A DNA stretch of 64,000 bases from Spirochaetia bacterium (GTDB taxonomy: Bacteria > Spirochaetota > Spirochaetia > UBA9216): the NCBI GenBank assembly GCA_963677925.2, contig CAXXYH010000004.1:576001-640000 (forward strand), in the 5' to 3' direction. The position numbers and the translations under genes are program-made. Below, one piece after another: positions 18,446 to 27,508 of this stretch; the first letter of the stretch is position 1, and each line of letters opens with the position of its first letter. A model generated the notes under the pieces. It was not told the origin of the DNA, searched no databases, and worked only from the letters and a program-made list of their open reading frames with translations.

Positions 18446-21400
18446 ATGTCCTACAAATTTACTGAAAAACTTAAACTCAGATGCGGAGCGGAGCTTAAAA
18501 ACCGGATTTTTATGGCACCTATGACTACCTTGTGCGGTAACTCAAATGGTACTGCACCGCATGAACTTGTTAGATACTATGGTCTACGTGCAGGCGGCCC
18601 CGGTGCTATAGTAGTTGAATGTGTGCATGTAAATGCTACCGGCCGTGTTTTCCCAGGCGGTATAGGTCTTGATAATGACGGTGAGATCGAAGGACTCGCA
18701 AAGATTTCCGAGGCTATTAAAGAAAAGGATACAAAGGCCATTCTTCAGGTTTTTCACGGCGGCAGAATGACTAATCCTTCCCTTATTAATGGAGCACAGC
18801 CGGTCTGCCCAAGTGCAATAGCAGCTCCCCGGGCAGGCGCGGTTGTTCCGAGAGAACTTACAGCATCAGAAATTGATAATCTTATTATTGAATTTGCAGA
18901 AACATGTAAAAGAGCTGTACGTGCAGGTTTTGACGGTGTAGAGATACATGGTGGAAATACCTATCTTATTCAGCAGTTCTTTTCACCTCATTCAAACCGA
19001 AGAACCGATAAGTGGGGTGGTGATGTTAAATCAAGAGCTCAGTTTCCGCTTGCTGTACTTAAGGCTATTAAAACTACGGTTCCTGCCGAAGGTTTTATTA
19101 TAGGATACCGATTCAGTCCTGAAGAACTTGAAGTTCCGGGCATCAGGTACAATGATACGCTTTTTCTTTTAGAGCAGCTTGCAGCCGAGGGAATTGATTA
19201 CCTGCACTTTTCAACCAAGACCCTTCATCAGACTTCAATTGTAAACAGGGATGATCAGGAGACTCTTCTTGAAAAACTTATTGGCAGTGCCTCCAATACT
19301 TTAAAATCAGTTCCGCTTGTCGGTGTCGGTGGGGTAATGAAGGGGGAGCAGGCAGATAAGGGAATCGAAGCTGGATTCTCGGCTATTGCTATAGGACGTG
19401 AACTCATTGTTGAGCCTGAATGGGTCCAGAAGACTGTTTCAGGTGAACCGGCATCAACCTATGTAAGGCATGATCAATGCCGAAAGCTGGCTATACCTGA
19501 GTCTCTCTGGAACTTTGTTGAAAGTGACATGTCGGCAGAATACAAGCGCGTTAATGCTGATAAGCTTGCAGCAAGAGTATTCCAGCCCGGTACCTATCGT
19601 GAGAGCTTTGATGATCTGCATGGCATAATTACTCTTAAGGTAAAGGTAAACGAGAAAGGGATTGAAGATATTGAGGTTATCGGCGGTTCAGAAATTGAAG
19701 GAGCCGAAGAGGATGTATTTGATGTTCTTCCCAGGCGCATGATTGAGCTGAATTCTACTTCAATTGATATTATTACCGGGGCTTCAATGTCATGCAAGGG
19801 TATTATCGCATGTGTTGACAGGGCTCTGGCAAAGGCTTGCGGAGAGGAGGACCCTTTTGCGGTTCAGTATAATGGTGAAGTTATTCCTACTCCAACATGG
19901 CTCGGTGATGAACCTGTAATTATTGATGAGCAGATTGAGAAATATATTGAGACTGATGTTATCGTTGTCGGTGCAGGTGTCGCCGGTGTAAGTGCTACAC
20001 GTTCAGCAGCTGAAGAGGGAGCTGAGGTTGTTGTGTTCGAAAAAGCTGACGGACCTCAGACCAGAAGCGGCGAATATGCGGTTATTAATGGCCGTCTTCA
20101 GAAGATGTGGGGCCGTGATGGTCTTGATACTGATGAAATTGCCGATGACATGATGAAGGAATGTTCATACAGAATAAAAAGACCTATTATCAAGAGATGG
20201 GCTGATGAATGTGCAGAAGTTTTTGACTGGTGGATTGCTGCAAAACCGGATCTTTATATATGTAAAACCAATAGAGAAGATGTTCCGGATGAATACAAAG
20301 ACTCATTCCTTGTTCCGCTTTATCATCCGCTTCCAGAGCATTATAATTACCGTGAAGAAGTTTTTCCGACTATTCCGACATCAGTTGAATTCCTTCCAAC
20401 CCAGCATCCTGTTGTATTCGCTAATATGGATAAAGCTGTCAGTGAAAATAAGGTGACTCCCTTCTACGGGCATTTTGTCGTTAAGCTGATTACTGATGAA
20501 CACAAAAAAGTGATTGGTGTATACGCCCGTAATGCTGAAACAGGACAGTATGTTAAAGCCGTTGCCAGAAAGGGTGTTATTCTTGCATCGGGTGACTATG
20601 CCAGCAATACCGAGATGGTTCGCTATTACTGTCCGCATATAATCGAAAACGGAGTTCCGTCAATCTGGATGAACAGGGATGTTGAGGGTATGCCGACCAA
20701 TACCGGTGATGGACTGAAATTCGGAGCCTGGATTGGTGCGCGAATACAGCAGAACCATGCTCCTATTACACATAATATGGGCGGCCCCGGAGGTACCGGC
20801 GGAGCCATGGGAAATACCCCCTTCCTCTTCCTGAATGACAGGGGTGAACGTTTCATGAATGAAAGTGTTCCCGGACAGCAGCTTGAAAACCAGATAGAAA
20901 TGCAGCCCAATCAGGCGGCTTTTCAGATTTTTGATGACAACTGGCCTGAAGCAATTCCGTTCATGCCTACAAACCACGGTACAGTCTGCTACTATGATGA
21001 TGGAATAAAGCCGAAGAACAATGAAGAAGACAGAAGTTACCGCAGCCGTAAAGAGATTGACGAAGCTGTAGAAACATATCAGTTGGTTAAAAAGGATACT
21101 CTTGAAGAACTGTTCGAAGAGCTGGGAGTAGAGGTAAAAACCGGTCTTGCTTCAGTTAAAAGGTATAATGAACTCTGTGCAAAGGGTAAGGATGAAGATT
21201 TTGGTAAGCCTGCAAAGAGGTTGTTTCCAGTCGACAAAGCTCCTTTTTACGGTGTCAAGATGGGTGTTACTGCAATGCTCTGCTGTCTGGGCGGGCTTGA
21301 AAGTGATGAAAACTGTCATACATTTGATCAGAGTACACGTGAAATTATTAAAGGCCTTTATGTTGCCGGAAATATTCAGGGAAATAGGTTTGCTGTTGAA

Positions 21401-21487
21401 TATCCGATTGCTATCAAGGGTGTAAGTCATTCAATCTCAGTTTTTTACGGTTATGTCGCCGGAAAAAACTGTGTAAAAGGTATATAA
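18446..21487 (+). CDS. Fusion of NADH:flavin oxidoreductase (OYE), FMN-binding and FAD-dependent oxidoreductase domains
   Basis: OYE motifs MAPMT and EIHGGNTYLIQQFFSP; flavinylation motif DIITGAS; GAGVAG, NTGDG, GERFMNE, GLYVAGN; SD GAGGTG before ATG 18446. Confidence 0.88.
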   Translation: MSYKFTEKLKLRCGAELKNRIFMAPMTTLCGNSNGTAPHELVRYYGLRAGGPGAIVVECVHVNATGRVFPGGIGLDNDGEIEGLAKISEAIKEKDTKAILQVFHGGRMTNPSLINGAQPVCPSAIAAPRAGAVVPRELTASEIDNLIIEFAETCKRAVRAGFDGVEIHGGNTYLIQQFFSPHSNRRTDKWGGDVKSRAQFPLAVLKAIKTTVPAEGFIIGYRFSPEELEVPGIRYNDTLFLLEQLAAEGIDYLHFSTKTLHQTSIVNRDDQETLLEKLIGSASNTLKSVPLVGVGGVMKGEQADKGIEAGFSAIAIGRELIVEPEWVQKTVSGEPASTYVRHDQCRKLAIPESLWNFVESDMSAEYKRVNADKLAARVFQPGTYRESFDDLHGIITLKVKVNEKGIEDIEVIGGSEIEGAEEDVFDVLPRRMIELNSTSIDIITGASMSCKGIIACVDRALAKACGEEDPFAVQYNGEVIPTPTWLGDEPVIIDEQIEKYIETDVIVVGAGVAGVSATRSAAEEGAEVVVFEKADGPQTRSGEYAVINGRLQKMWGRDGLDTDEIADDMMKECSYRIKRPIIKRWADECAEVFDWWIAAKPDLYICKTNREDVPDEYKDSFLVPLYHPLPEHYNYREEVFPTIPTSVEFLPTQHPVVFANMDKAVSENKVTPFYGHFVVKLITDEHKKVIGVYARNAETGQYVKAVARKGVILASGDYASNTEMVRYYCPHIIENGVPSIWMNRDVEGMPTNTGDGLKFGAWIGARIQQNHAPITHNMGGPGGTGGAMGNTPFLFLNDRGERFMNESVPGQQLENQIEMQPNQAAFQIFDDNWPEAIPFMPTNHGTVCYYDDGIKPKNNEEDRSYRSRKEIDEAVETYQLVKKDTLEELFEELGVEVKTGLASVKRYNELCAKGKDEDFGKPAKRLFPVDKAPFYGVKMGVTAMLCCLGGLESDENCHTFDQSTREIIKGLYVAGNIQGNRFAVEYPIAIKGVSHSISVFYGYVAGKNCVKGI

Positions 21488-21489
21488 AA

Positions 21490-22467
21490 TTGTCTGATCA
21501 GCAGACCATAAACAGTGAAAATCTAATGGGTACGCTGATCCGCACTATTATTCCCGGAGAGGTTCCGCATGCTGTTACTGATGCAGTCTTCGATCTTCTC
21601 CGCAGTCTGGAAGCCCGGCTGACTGTTAACAGCCCTTCGGCATCCGGGCAGAAATCTCAGCTGAAAGAAATAAATGATTCAGCGGGTGTTTCAGCTGTTG
21701 TCGTAGATTCGGATGTTTACAGTATTGTCCGGAAGGCCGTTGATGCCAGTCTTGAATACCGCGACAGCTTCAATGCTTTTCTGGGGCCGGTTGTTAAGGC
21801 CTGGGGAATTGGTTTTGATAATCCCCGAATTCGTTCTGATGATGAAATTTCCGAACTTTTAAAACTTACAAATCCCGAAGACGCTGTACTTGATAATGAA
21901 AGGCAATCTGTTTTTCTTACCCGTAAAAATATGCAGCTTGATCTTGGAGCAATTGCGAAGGGATATGCTGCAGATCTTGCAGGCCAGCTTTACAATTCAA
22001 GCGGAATCTATCAGGGGTTGATAGACCTCGGCGGAAATGTCCTGGCTATGGGCGGTTCGGATAGAGCTGCGGACGGTTACTGGCGGATCGGAATCCAGTC
22101 ACCTTTTGATTCAAGAGGCGCCGTTGCAGGAACTCTTGCTATCCGGGATGCATCGGTTGTTACTTCGGGTATTTATGAACGAATCTTTGAGTCCGGCGGA
22201 AAGAAGTATCATCATATGATTGATCCGCAGACAGGACATCCCTTTGAAACGGATCTTGCAAGTGTGACGGTTATTGCCGGTACTTCTCTCGAAGCCGATC
22301 TATGGGCAACGATTCTTCAGTCCGGAGGACTTGATGAGGCATATGAAAAAGCCGAAGGCTGCTCTGACATTGAAGCTGTTTTTATCACCAGGGACAGCAT
22401 TGTTGTCCCGACTCCGGCAATACGCAACTGGTTTTCTCTGACTGACAATTCCTTCCGGCTGAATTAA
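21490..22467 (+). CDS. apbE: FAD:protein FMN transferase, no signal peptide
   Basis: LMGT, LDLGAIAKGYAAD, DLGGN, TSGIYER and HHMIDP motifs. Confidence 0.93.
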   Translation: MSDQQTINSENLMGTLIRTIIPGEVPHAVTDAVFDLLRSLEARLTVNSPSASGQKSQLKEINDSAGVSAVVVDSDVYSIVRKAVDASLEYRDSFNAFLGPVVKAWGIGFDNPRIRSDDEISELLKLTNPEDAVLDNERQSVFLTRKNMQLDLGAIAKGYAADLAGQLYNSSGIYQGLIDLGGNVLAMGGSDRAADGYWRIGIQSPFDSRGAVAGTLAIRDASVVTSGIYERIFESGGKKYHHMIDPQTGHPFETDLASVTVIAGTSLEADLWATILQSGGLDEAYEKAEGCSDIEAVFITRDSIVVPTPAIRNWFSLTDNSFRLN

Positions 22468-22955
22468 TTCAGAATGTCATTTAAGCAAATATTTTTACAG
22501 CCTTTGCTTTGATAATATTCCAGCATCTCGGGAATTTTTTTCATTGACCAGCTGGTAATGCAATCTGATAAAACATTTACATCAAAACCTGCTTTGATTA
22601 AATTGAAACAGGTTGATTTAACACATATAGCTGCATCTGCTCCTGCTATATAAAATTCTCCAATTTCATTTTTATCGATAAAGTCTTTAAATTCTTCACT
22701 GGTTAATGCATTAGTCCTGGTTTTTGTAAAGATATTCTCTGAAACTACTTTCAAGTCTTCAGCTAACTCAGCCCCGAATGTATTGGGTTTAAGCACCCTC
22801 GAACCGGCTGATAGATTTTCATGCTTTATATAGACTACATGAACTTTATTATTGGCGGCCCAATCGATTGCTTTATTTATGTTTCCAATAACATTTTTAT
22901 AATTCCCGGTTATGTCATTTTGAATATCTATTACGACGATGGCTTTTTTCTGCAA
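22464..22955 (-). CDS. Isochorismatase-family cysteine hydrolase
   Basis: VVIDIQND, FTK and AICVKST supply the D-K-C triad; SD GAGGAGG. Confidence 0.88.
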   Translation of the reverse strand: MQKKAIVVIDIQNDITGNYKNVIGNINKAIDWAANNKVHVVYIKHENLSAGSRVLKPNTFGAELAEDLKVVSENIFTKTRTNALTSEEFKDFIDKNEIGEFYIAGADAAICVKSTCFNLIKAGFDVNVLSDCITSWSMKKIPEMLEYYQSKGCKNICLNDILN

Positions 22956-23009
22956 AATATATCCTCCTCATCAGCAGATTTATATGCTTATTTTTCAATT
23001 ATACATACA

Positions 23010-23035
23010 ATTGTTGACAACAGTGTGGCAACAAT
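23010..23035. promoter_or_regulatory. Imperfect palindrome, candidate operator of the YafY/WYL regulator
   Basis: ATTGTTGACA-N6-TGGCAACAAT (9/10 complementary) between the divergent hydrolase and regulator genes. Confidence 0.6.
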
Positions 23036-23063
23036 ATAAAAATATTAAACAGGTAATTATCTG

Positions 23064-23996
23064 ATGAAAATTGACAGGCTGGTTAGCATAATAATGATGC
23101 TCCTTGATAAAAAGCGTATCGGCGCACAGGAGTTAGCGGATATTTTTGAAGTATCACCCCGTACAATTTACCGTGATATAGACACCATCAATATGGGTGG
23201 TATTCCAGTCAGATAAATACCGGGAGTGGGCGGCGGTTTTGAAATTATGCAAAACTATAAAATTGAAAAAAATGTTTTCTCTACTGCTGATCTTTCTGCA
23301 ATTTTAATGGGGCTTTCCAGTATTTCCAACATGATACGGGGTGATGAACTGATAAACGCCCTTGCAAAAGTGAAGAGTTTTATCCCTGCAGACAGGGCGA
23401 AAGACATTGAATTAAAAGCAAATCAAATATATATAGATTTAAGCCCCTGGATGGGCAACAAAAACATACAATTGTATTTGGACCTGATCAAAAGATCCTT
23501 ACATAATAGTAAGCTGTTGTCGTTTGAGTATTCAGCTCACCATGCAAATCTAACCGTACGAATTGTAGAGCCGTATCAGCTTGTATTGAAAAGTAATCAC
23601 TGGTATTTATACAGCTACTGCCATACCAGAACTGATTATCGATTATTCAAACTATCCCGTATATCGAATCTTAAAATAGAAGATGAATCTTTTATACCAC
23701 GAGACTATCAGAAACCGATTTTAGAATTTTCGGAAATTTTAGAAACAATTCAAATGAAGATCAAACTCCGTATTCATAAAGATGTATTGGATAGGGTGCG
23801 TGATTTTTGTTCTCATGAAGACTTTTCACCGGAAGATAACGGGTATTATATTGTCAAATTTCCTTTCATTGAAAATGAATACTACTACAATATGCTTTTC
23901 AGTTTTGGAGATAAATGCGAATGTTTAGAGCCGTTACATATCCGTAAAGAAATCAATCGAAGAATACATGATATGGCTGCCATATATGAAAATTAG
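23064..23996 (+). pseudogene. YafY-family HTH-WYL transcriptional regulator interrupted by an in-frame TAA
   Basis: ATG 23064 gives MKIDRLVSII…FEVSPRTIYRDIDTI…IPVR*IPGVGGGF; TAA at 23214-23216 (codon 51); downstream VEPYQL…WYL…FKLSRI intact. Confidence 0.88.
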
Positions 23997-24059
23997 ACAT
24001 CTGTAACAGATAATGTAATTTCATAACGTTATAATCAGCGTCATCAATAGGATAAATTT

Positions 24060-25076
24060 CTAAGGCTTGTCCTCTGTTCCGTCTGCGTATTTAGCGAAAC
24101 GGACTGCATCAATAGAATGAACCGGTTCGCTGCTTTTCCAGGGCCAGCCTCCGAACTGTGTCTGCTGATAGTCTGAAATAGCCTGATTGATTTCACTTCC
24201 TGTATTCATAACGAATGGCCCGTACTGTGCAACAGGTTCATTAATCGGATTACCCTGAAGCATCAGCAACCTGCTTGATTTACTGCCGCTATTCTCCAGT
24301 TGAATAGTTTTATCTGATACTGTATCAAACCCGTGGTTTTCAGGGATTTCTTTTCCTTCAGCGGTAAGTCCGCTTCCTTCGTAATAGTACAGTGTTCTTT
24401 CGCTTTCCGCAGGAGCTTCCGGGAGTGTCCATACTGCACCGGGCGCAAGGTTTATTATCCATATTGCTACATTGTTCTCCGGTTTGTTTGCCCATGAATC
24501 GGGTGCAGGGGCAGGAGCTGATTCTCCGTGCAGCGTACCTGCAATTATCCGAATTGAAATATCTTTTCCGTTCTCATCGGACTCATGAAGCACCGGAATT
24601 TTTTCAGCCCACAGCATTGTATAGTGCGGATTAACAAATTTGTCTTTTGCAGGGAGATTGAGCCATACCTGAAAAAGATGCAGTGTGTTCGGTTTATCTT
24701 TATAAACGCAGGGAAACATTTCCGAATGCTGCAGTCCGCTGCCGGCAGTCATCCATTGGACATCACCCTCTCCGTAGCGCCCGCCGGAGCCGTGTGAGTC
24801 AGAATGGTCAACAAAGCCTTCAAGTACTATCGTAACAGTTTCAAATCCTCGGTGCGGGTGTTCGGGAAAGCCTGGAACTTTCTCTCCATGATACATTCTC
24901 CACCCGTCTTTAAGTGTGAAGTCCTGTCCTATCATTCTGCCTGCGAGAGATGCGTCCGGACCCTGCTGATCGTTACCATTCGGATAATGATCATAGTGAT
25001 GAGCACAGAACAGAAAAGGATCCCGGGTTTCCCAATGGAACCCAAGCGAACGAATATTGCTTATTGTATCTTTCAT
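24060..25076 (-). CDS. Pirin-family protein
   Basis: DPFL, HPHRGFETVT, WMTAGSGLQHSE, QVWLNLP and YGPFVMN motifs; start at ATG 25076. Confidence 0.92.
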   Translation of the reverse strand: MKDTISNIRSLGFHWETRDPFLFCAHHYDHYPNGNDQQGPDASLAGRMIGQDFTLKDGWRMYHGEKVPGFPEHPHRGFETVTIVLEGFVDHSDSHGSGGRYGEGDVQWMTAGSGLQHSEMFPCVYKDKPNTLHLFQVWLNLPAKDKFVNPHYTMLWAEKIPVLHESDENGKDISIRIIAGTLHGESAPAPAPDSWANKPENNVAIWIINLAPGAVWTLPEAPAESERTLYYYEGSGLTAEGKEIPENHGFDTVSDKTIQLENSGSKSSRLLMLQGNPINEPVAQYGPFVMNTGSEINQAISDYQQTQFGGWPWKSSEPVHSIDAVRFAKYADGTEDKP

Positions 25077-25083
25077 AAACACA

Positions 25084-25112
25084 ATATTAATGTTTCTGTT
25101 TTGTTTAATCAA
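25084..25112 (-). promoter_or_regulatory. Sigma70-type promoter giving a leaderless pirin mRNA
   Basis: TTGATT-17 nt-TAATAT-7 nt-ATG, no SD. Confidence 0.6.
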
Positions 25113-25146
25113 GAAAATGGTATAAAATCAGTTACGGAAAAATCCA

Positions 25147-26847
25147 ATGGAAAAAGCTGATTTAATAATAACGAATGCAAAAATATTTACTTCGAACATT
25201 AAGCAGAAATGGGCAGACTGTCTTGCAGTTAAAGGGGATCGCTTTATAGCTGTAGGCAGCGGAAGTCTTGAGGAATACAGAAGTAATACTACGGTGATTT
25301 ATGATGCCGGCGGCAGGATGATTCTTCCGGGTATTATAGATGGACATACCCATGTTGAGCCGGTAATTTTGTCAAAATGGAGAATTCAACTGCCGAAAAC
25401 TGACAGCCTTGAGGTGCTTCTTGAAGCGGCAGCTGAATACTGCAGGCAGCATCCCGTCCATGAAGTACCTTATTTCTTTGGCGAGAGTTACTACCCTGAA
25501 ATGTTTGACGGAGACGAACCGTCCAGAGAACTTCTTGATAATTATATTTCTGACAGACCCGCCAGGCTGCAGGATTTTACGGATCACGCCTGCTGGTTCA
25601 ACAGTATGGCTCTTGAGTATCTGGGTATTACAAAAGAGACTCCTAACCCTATTGGGCCTTTCGGCGAGATAGAATTTATCCGGGATCAGGATGGGAATCC
25701 TACCGGATGGGTAAAGGAGCCTGAATCAGACATTCTTGAAGACCCCATTTATGACAGGGTCGGCTGGAGCCCTCCCGGGGCTGTCTCAAAGAACGAGCTG
25801 ATATCTCTTCTTGATTATTACAGCAGTTTCGGTATTATCGCTTTCTTTGATGCTATTACCGAGTCTGAACATCTGCTTAAGCTTCTTTCTGAGCTGGAAG
25901 CTTCCGGAAACCTGCATTCATATTATGAAGGAGCAAGCATCCTTAACTCATATGAAAATCTTGATGAGTCGATTGGCAGAGCAAAGGAATGGCAGGCCGG
26001 ATATAAAAGCAGACATATCAACATCCGTACCGTAAAATTTTTTCTGGACGGTACAAATGAACTAGGCGACTGTGCGTCTCTTGTTCCTTTCAGTAATGAT
26101 CCCGGCGGGACAAAATACGGCTCAATTAATATGGAAGCGGAAGAACTTACTAAAACTATTTTAAGGCTTAATGCCGAGGAGCTCGATTTTCACATTCATA
26201 TGGTCGGAGACCGGGCATTCCGCACAGCCTGTGATGCTGTTGAATCAGCGCAGAGGATCTGTAAAAAAAGTAATACCGAATTTGTTATTTATATAACCTT
26301 CTGTCACTGTGAGCTTGTACATCCTGATGACAGATCCCGTGCGTCAAAACTAGGTATCATCATTAACTGGAGTCCTCAATGGTCAGGCGGATATTTCGGT
26401 GAAGCTGCAATAGATTATCTCGGTCTGGAACGTTGGAATACCATGTACGATTTTAGACAGATGATTGACGCCGGTACTGTTGTTACCTATGGAAGTGATA
26501 TCTACTCATGGCAGGAAGTTGATCGGTGCAATCCGTTTCTGGGAATTGAATGCGGCAGTACTAGGGTTGATCCTCAGTTTCCCCTTAGTGAAAGCCGGTA
26601 TCCGGGAAGTGTACGTCCGCCGGCTGATGCTGTTCTAAGCATAGAAGAGCTGATTCTCGGTTATACAATAAAAGGTGCAGTTCCCTTCCGTCTTGAAAAT
26701 GAAATGGGCTCAATTGAGAAGGGAAAACTTGCACACTTTGTTGTAATGAACGAGGATATTTTTTCAATCCCAAAAAATGAAATTCATAACATTACTGTTA
26801 AATCAGTTTTCTTTGAAGGGAAGCCTGTCTTCGGTAAACTTCTTTAA
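25147..26847 (+). CDS. Amidohydrolase_3 (YtcJ-like) metal-dependent hydrolase
   Basis: PGIIDGHTH, VKFFLDG, HIHMVGDRA, YGSD and GSIEKGKLA motifs. Confidence 0.9.
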   Translation: MEKADLIITNAKIFTSNIKQKWADCLAVKGDRFIAVGSGSLEEYRSNTTVIYDAGGRMILPGIIDGHTHVEPVILSKWRIQLPKTDSLEVLLEAAAEYCRQHPVHEVPYFFGESYYPEMFDGDEPSRELLDNYISDRPARLQDFTDHACWFNSMALEYLGITKETPNPIGPFGEIEFIRDQDGNPTGWVKEPESDILEDPIYDRVGWSPPGAVSKNELISLLDYYSSFGIIAFFDAITESEHLLKLLSELEASGNLHSYYEGASILNSYENLDESIGRAKEWQAGYKSRHINIRTVKFFLDGTNELGDCASLVPFSNDPGGTKYGSINMEAEELTKTILRLNAEELDFHIHMVGDRAFRTACDAVESAQRICKKSNTEFVIYITFCHCELVHPDDRSRASKLGIIINWSPQWSGGYFGEAAIDYLGLERWNTMYDFRQMIDAGTVVTYGSDIYSWQEVDRCNPFLGIECGSTRVDPQFPLSESRYPGSVRPPADAVLSIEELILGYTIKGAVPFRLENEMGSIEKGKLAHFVVMNEDIFSIPKNEIHNITVKSVFFEGKPVFGKLL

Positions 26848-26942
26848 TTCACTGAGTATCTTTGTTTACTTTTTCTATAGGACATTATTGCATATCAGTT
26901 TTTTCCAATTAAAATTATTATATAGAGTTAACAGGAGGGATT

Positions 26943-27191
26943 ATGGAATATCAGATAGTTGCAATTAAAGTAGGTCGCCGTGAAGAATCTTCGACTAATG
27001 TACAGTCAATACTTACTTCATTCGGCTGCAGTATAAAAGTCAGGCTTGGCCTTCATGATGCTGTTGAGGGTGCATGCTCGCCTACAGGATTGATTCTTCT
27101 TCAGGTTTCAGCTGCAGAAAATGAATTAAATTCTTTTCTTGATGACCTTAATAGTCTGGAAGACGTTACTGCAAAGGCGCTGAAAATTTAG
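26943..27191 (+). CDS. Small ACT-like protein (related to the TM1266/iron-only hydrogenase regulator family)
   Basis: 82 aa; VQSILTSFGCSIKVRLGLH…GLILL pattern; SD AGGAGG. Confidence 0.65.
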   Translation: MEYQIVAIKVGRREESSTNVQSILTSFGCSIKVRLGLHDAVEGACSPTGLILLQVSAAENELNSFLDDLNSLEDVTAKALKI

Positions 27192-27295
27192 AAAACCAGC
27201 TTAAAAGTATAATTCTGTAATTGATTCTACATTTTTGATATCTGTTTCAGCCATAAATTATTTGACGCAGAAAATATTTCGGGTAAGAATAATTT

Positions 27296-27309
27296 ATATT
27301 GCGCAATAT
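27296..27309. promoter_or_regulatory. Perfect 14-bp palindrome, candidate operator
   Basis: ATATTGCGCAATAT just downstream of TTGACG(27262)-17-AAGAAT. Confidence 0.5.
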
Positions 27310-27508
27310 TATTTAAGGTTGAGGCAGATGAGAACATAAATTTCGTTTGTCTCAAGAATCCTCTAAAAAATGAATTTGTCTGAGTGTCTCGGACTGAATT
27401 CGGGTGAGAGTATTTATAAAATTGTGCTAATCATTTCTTCTGAAATATCAATCTCCTGAATAGTCCAGTATTCTCAGCAGTTTTAAAAAACAGAAATTGA
27501 GGGTAATT

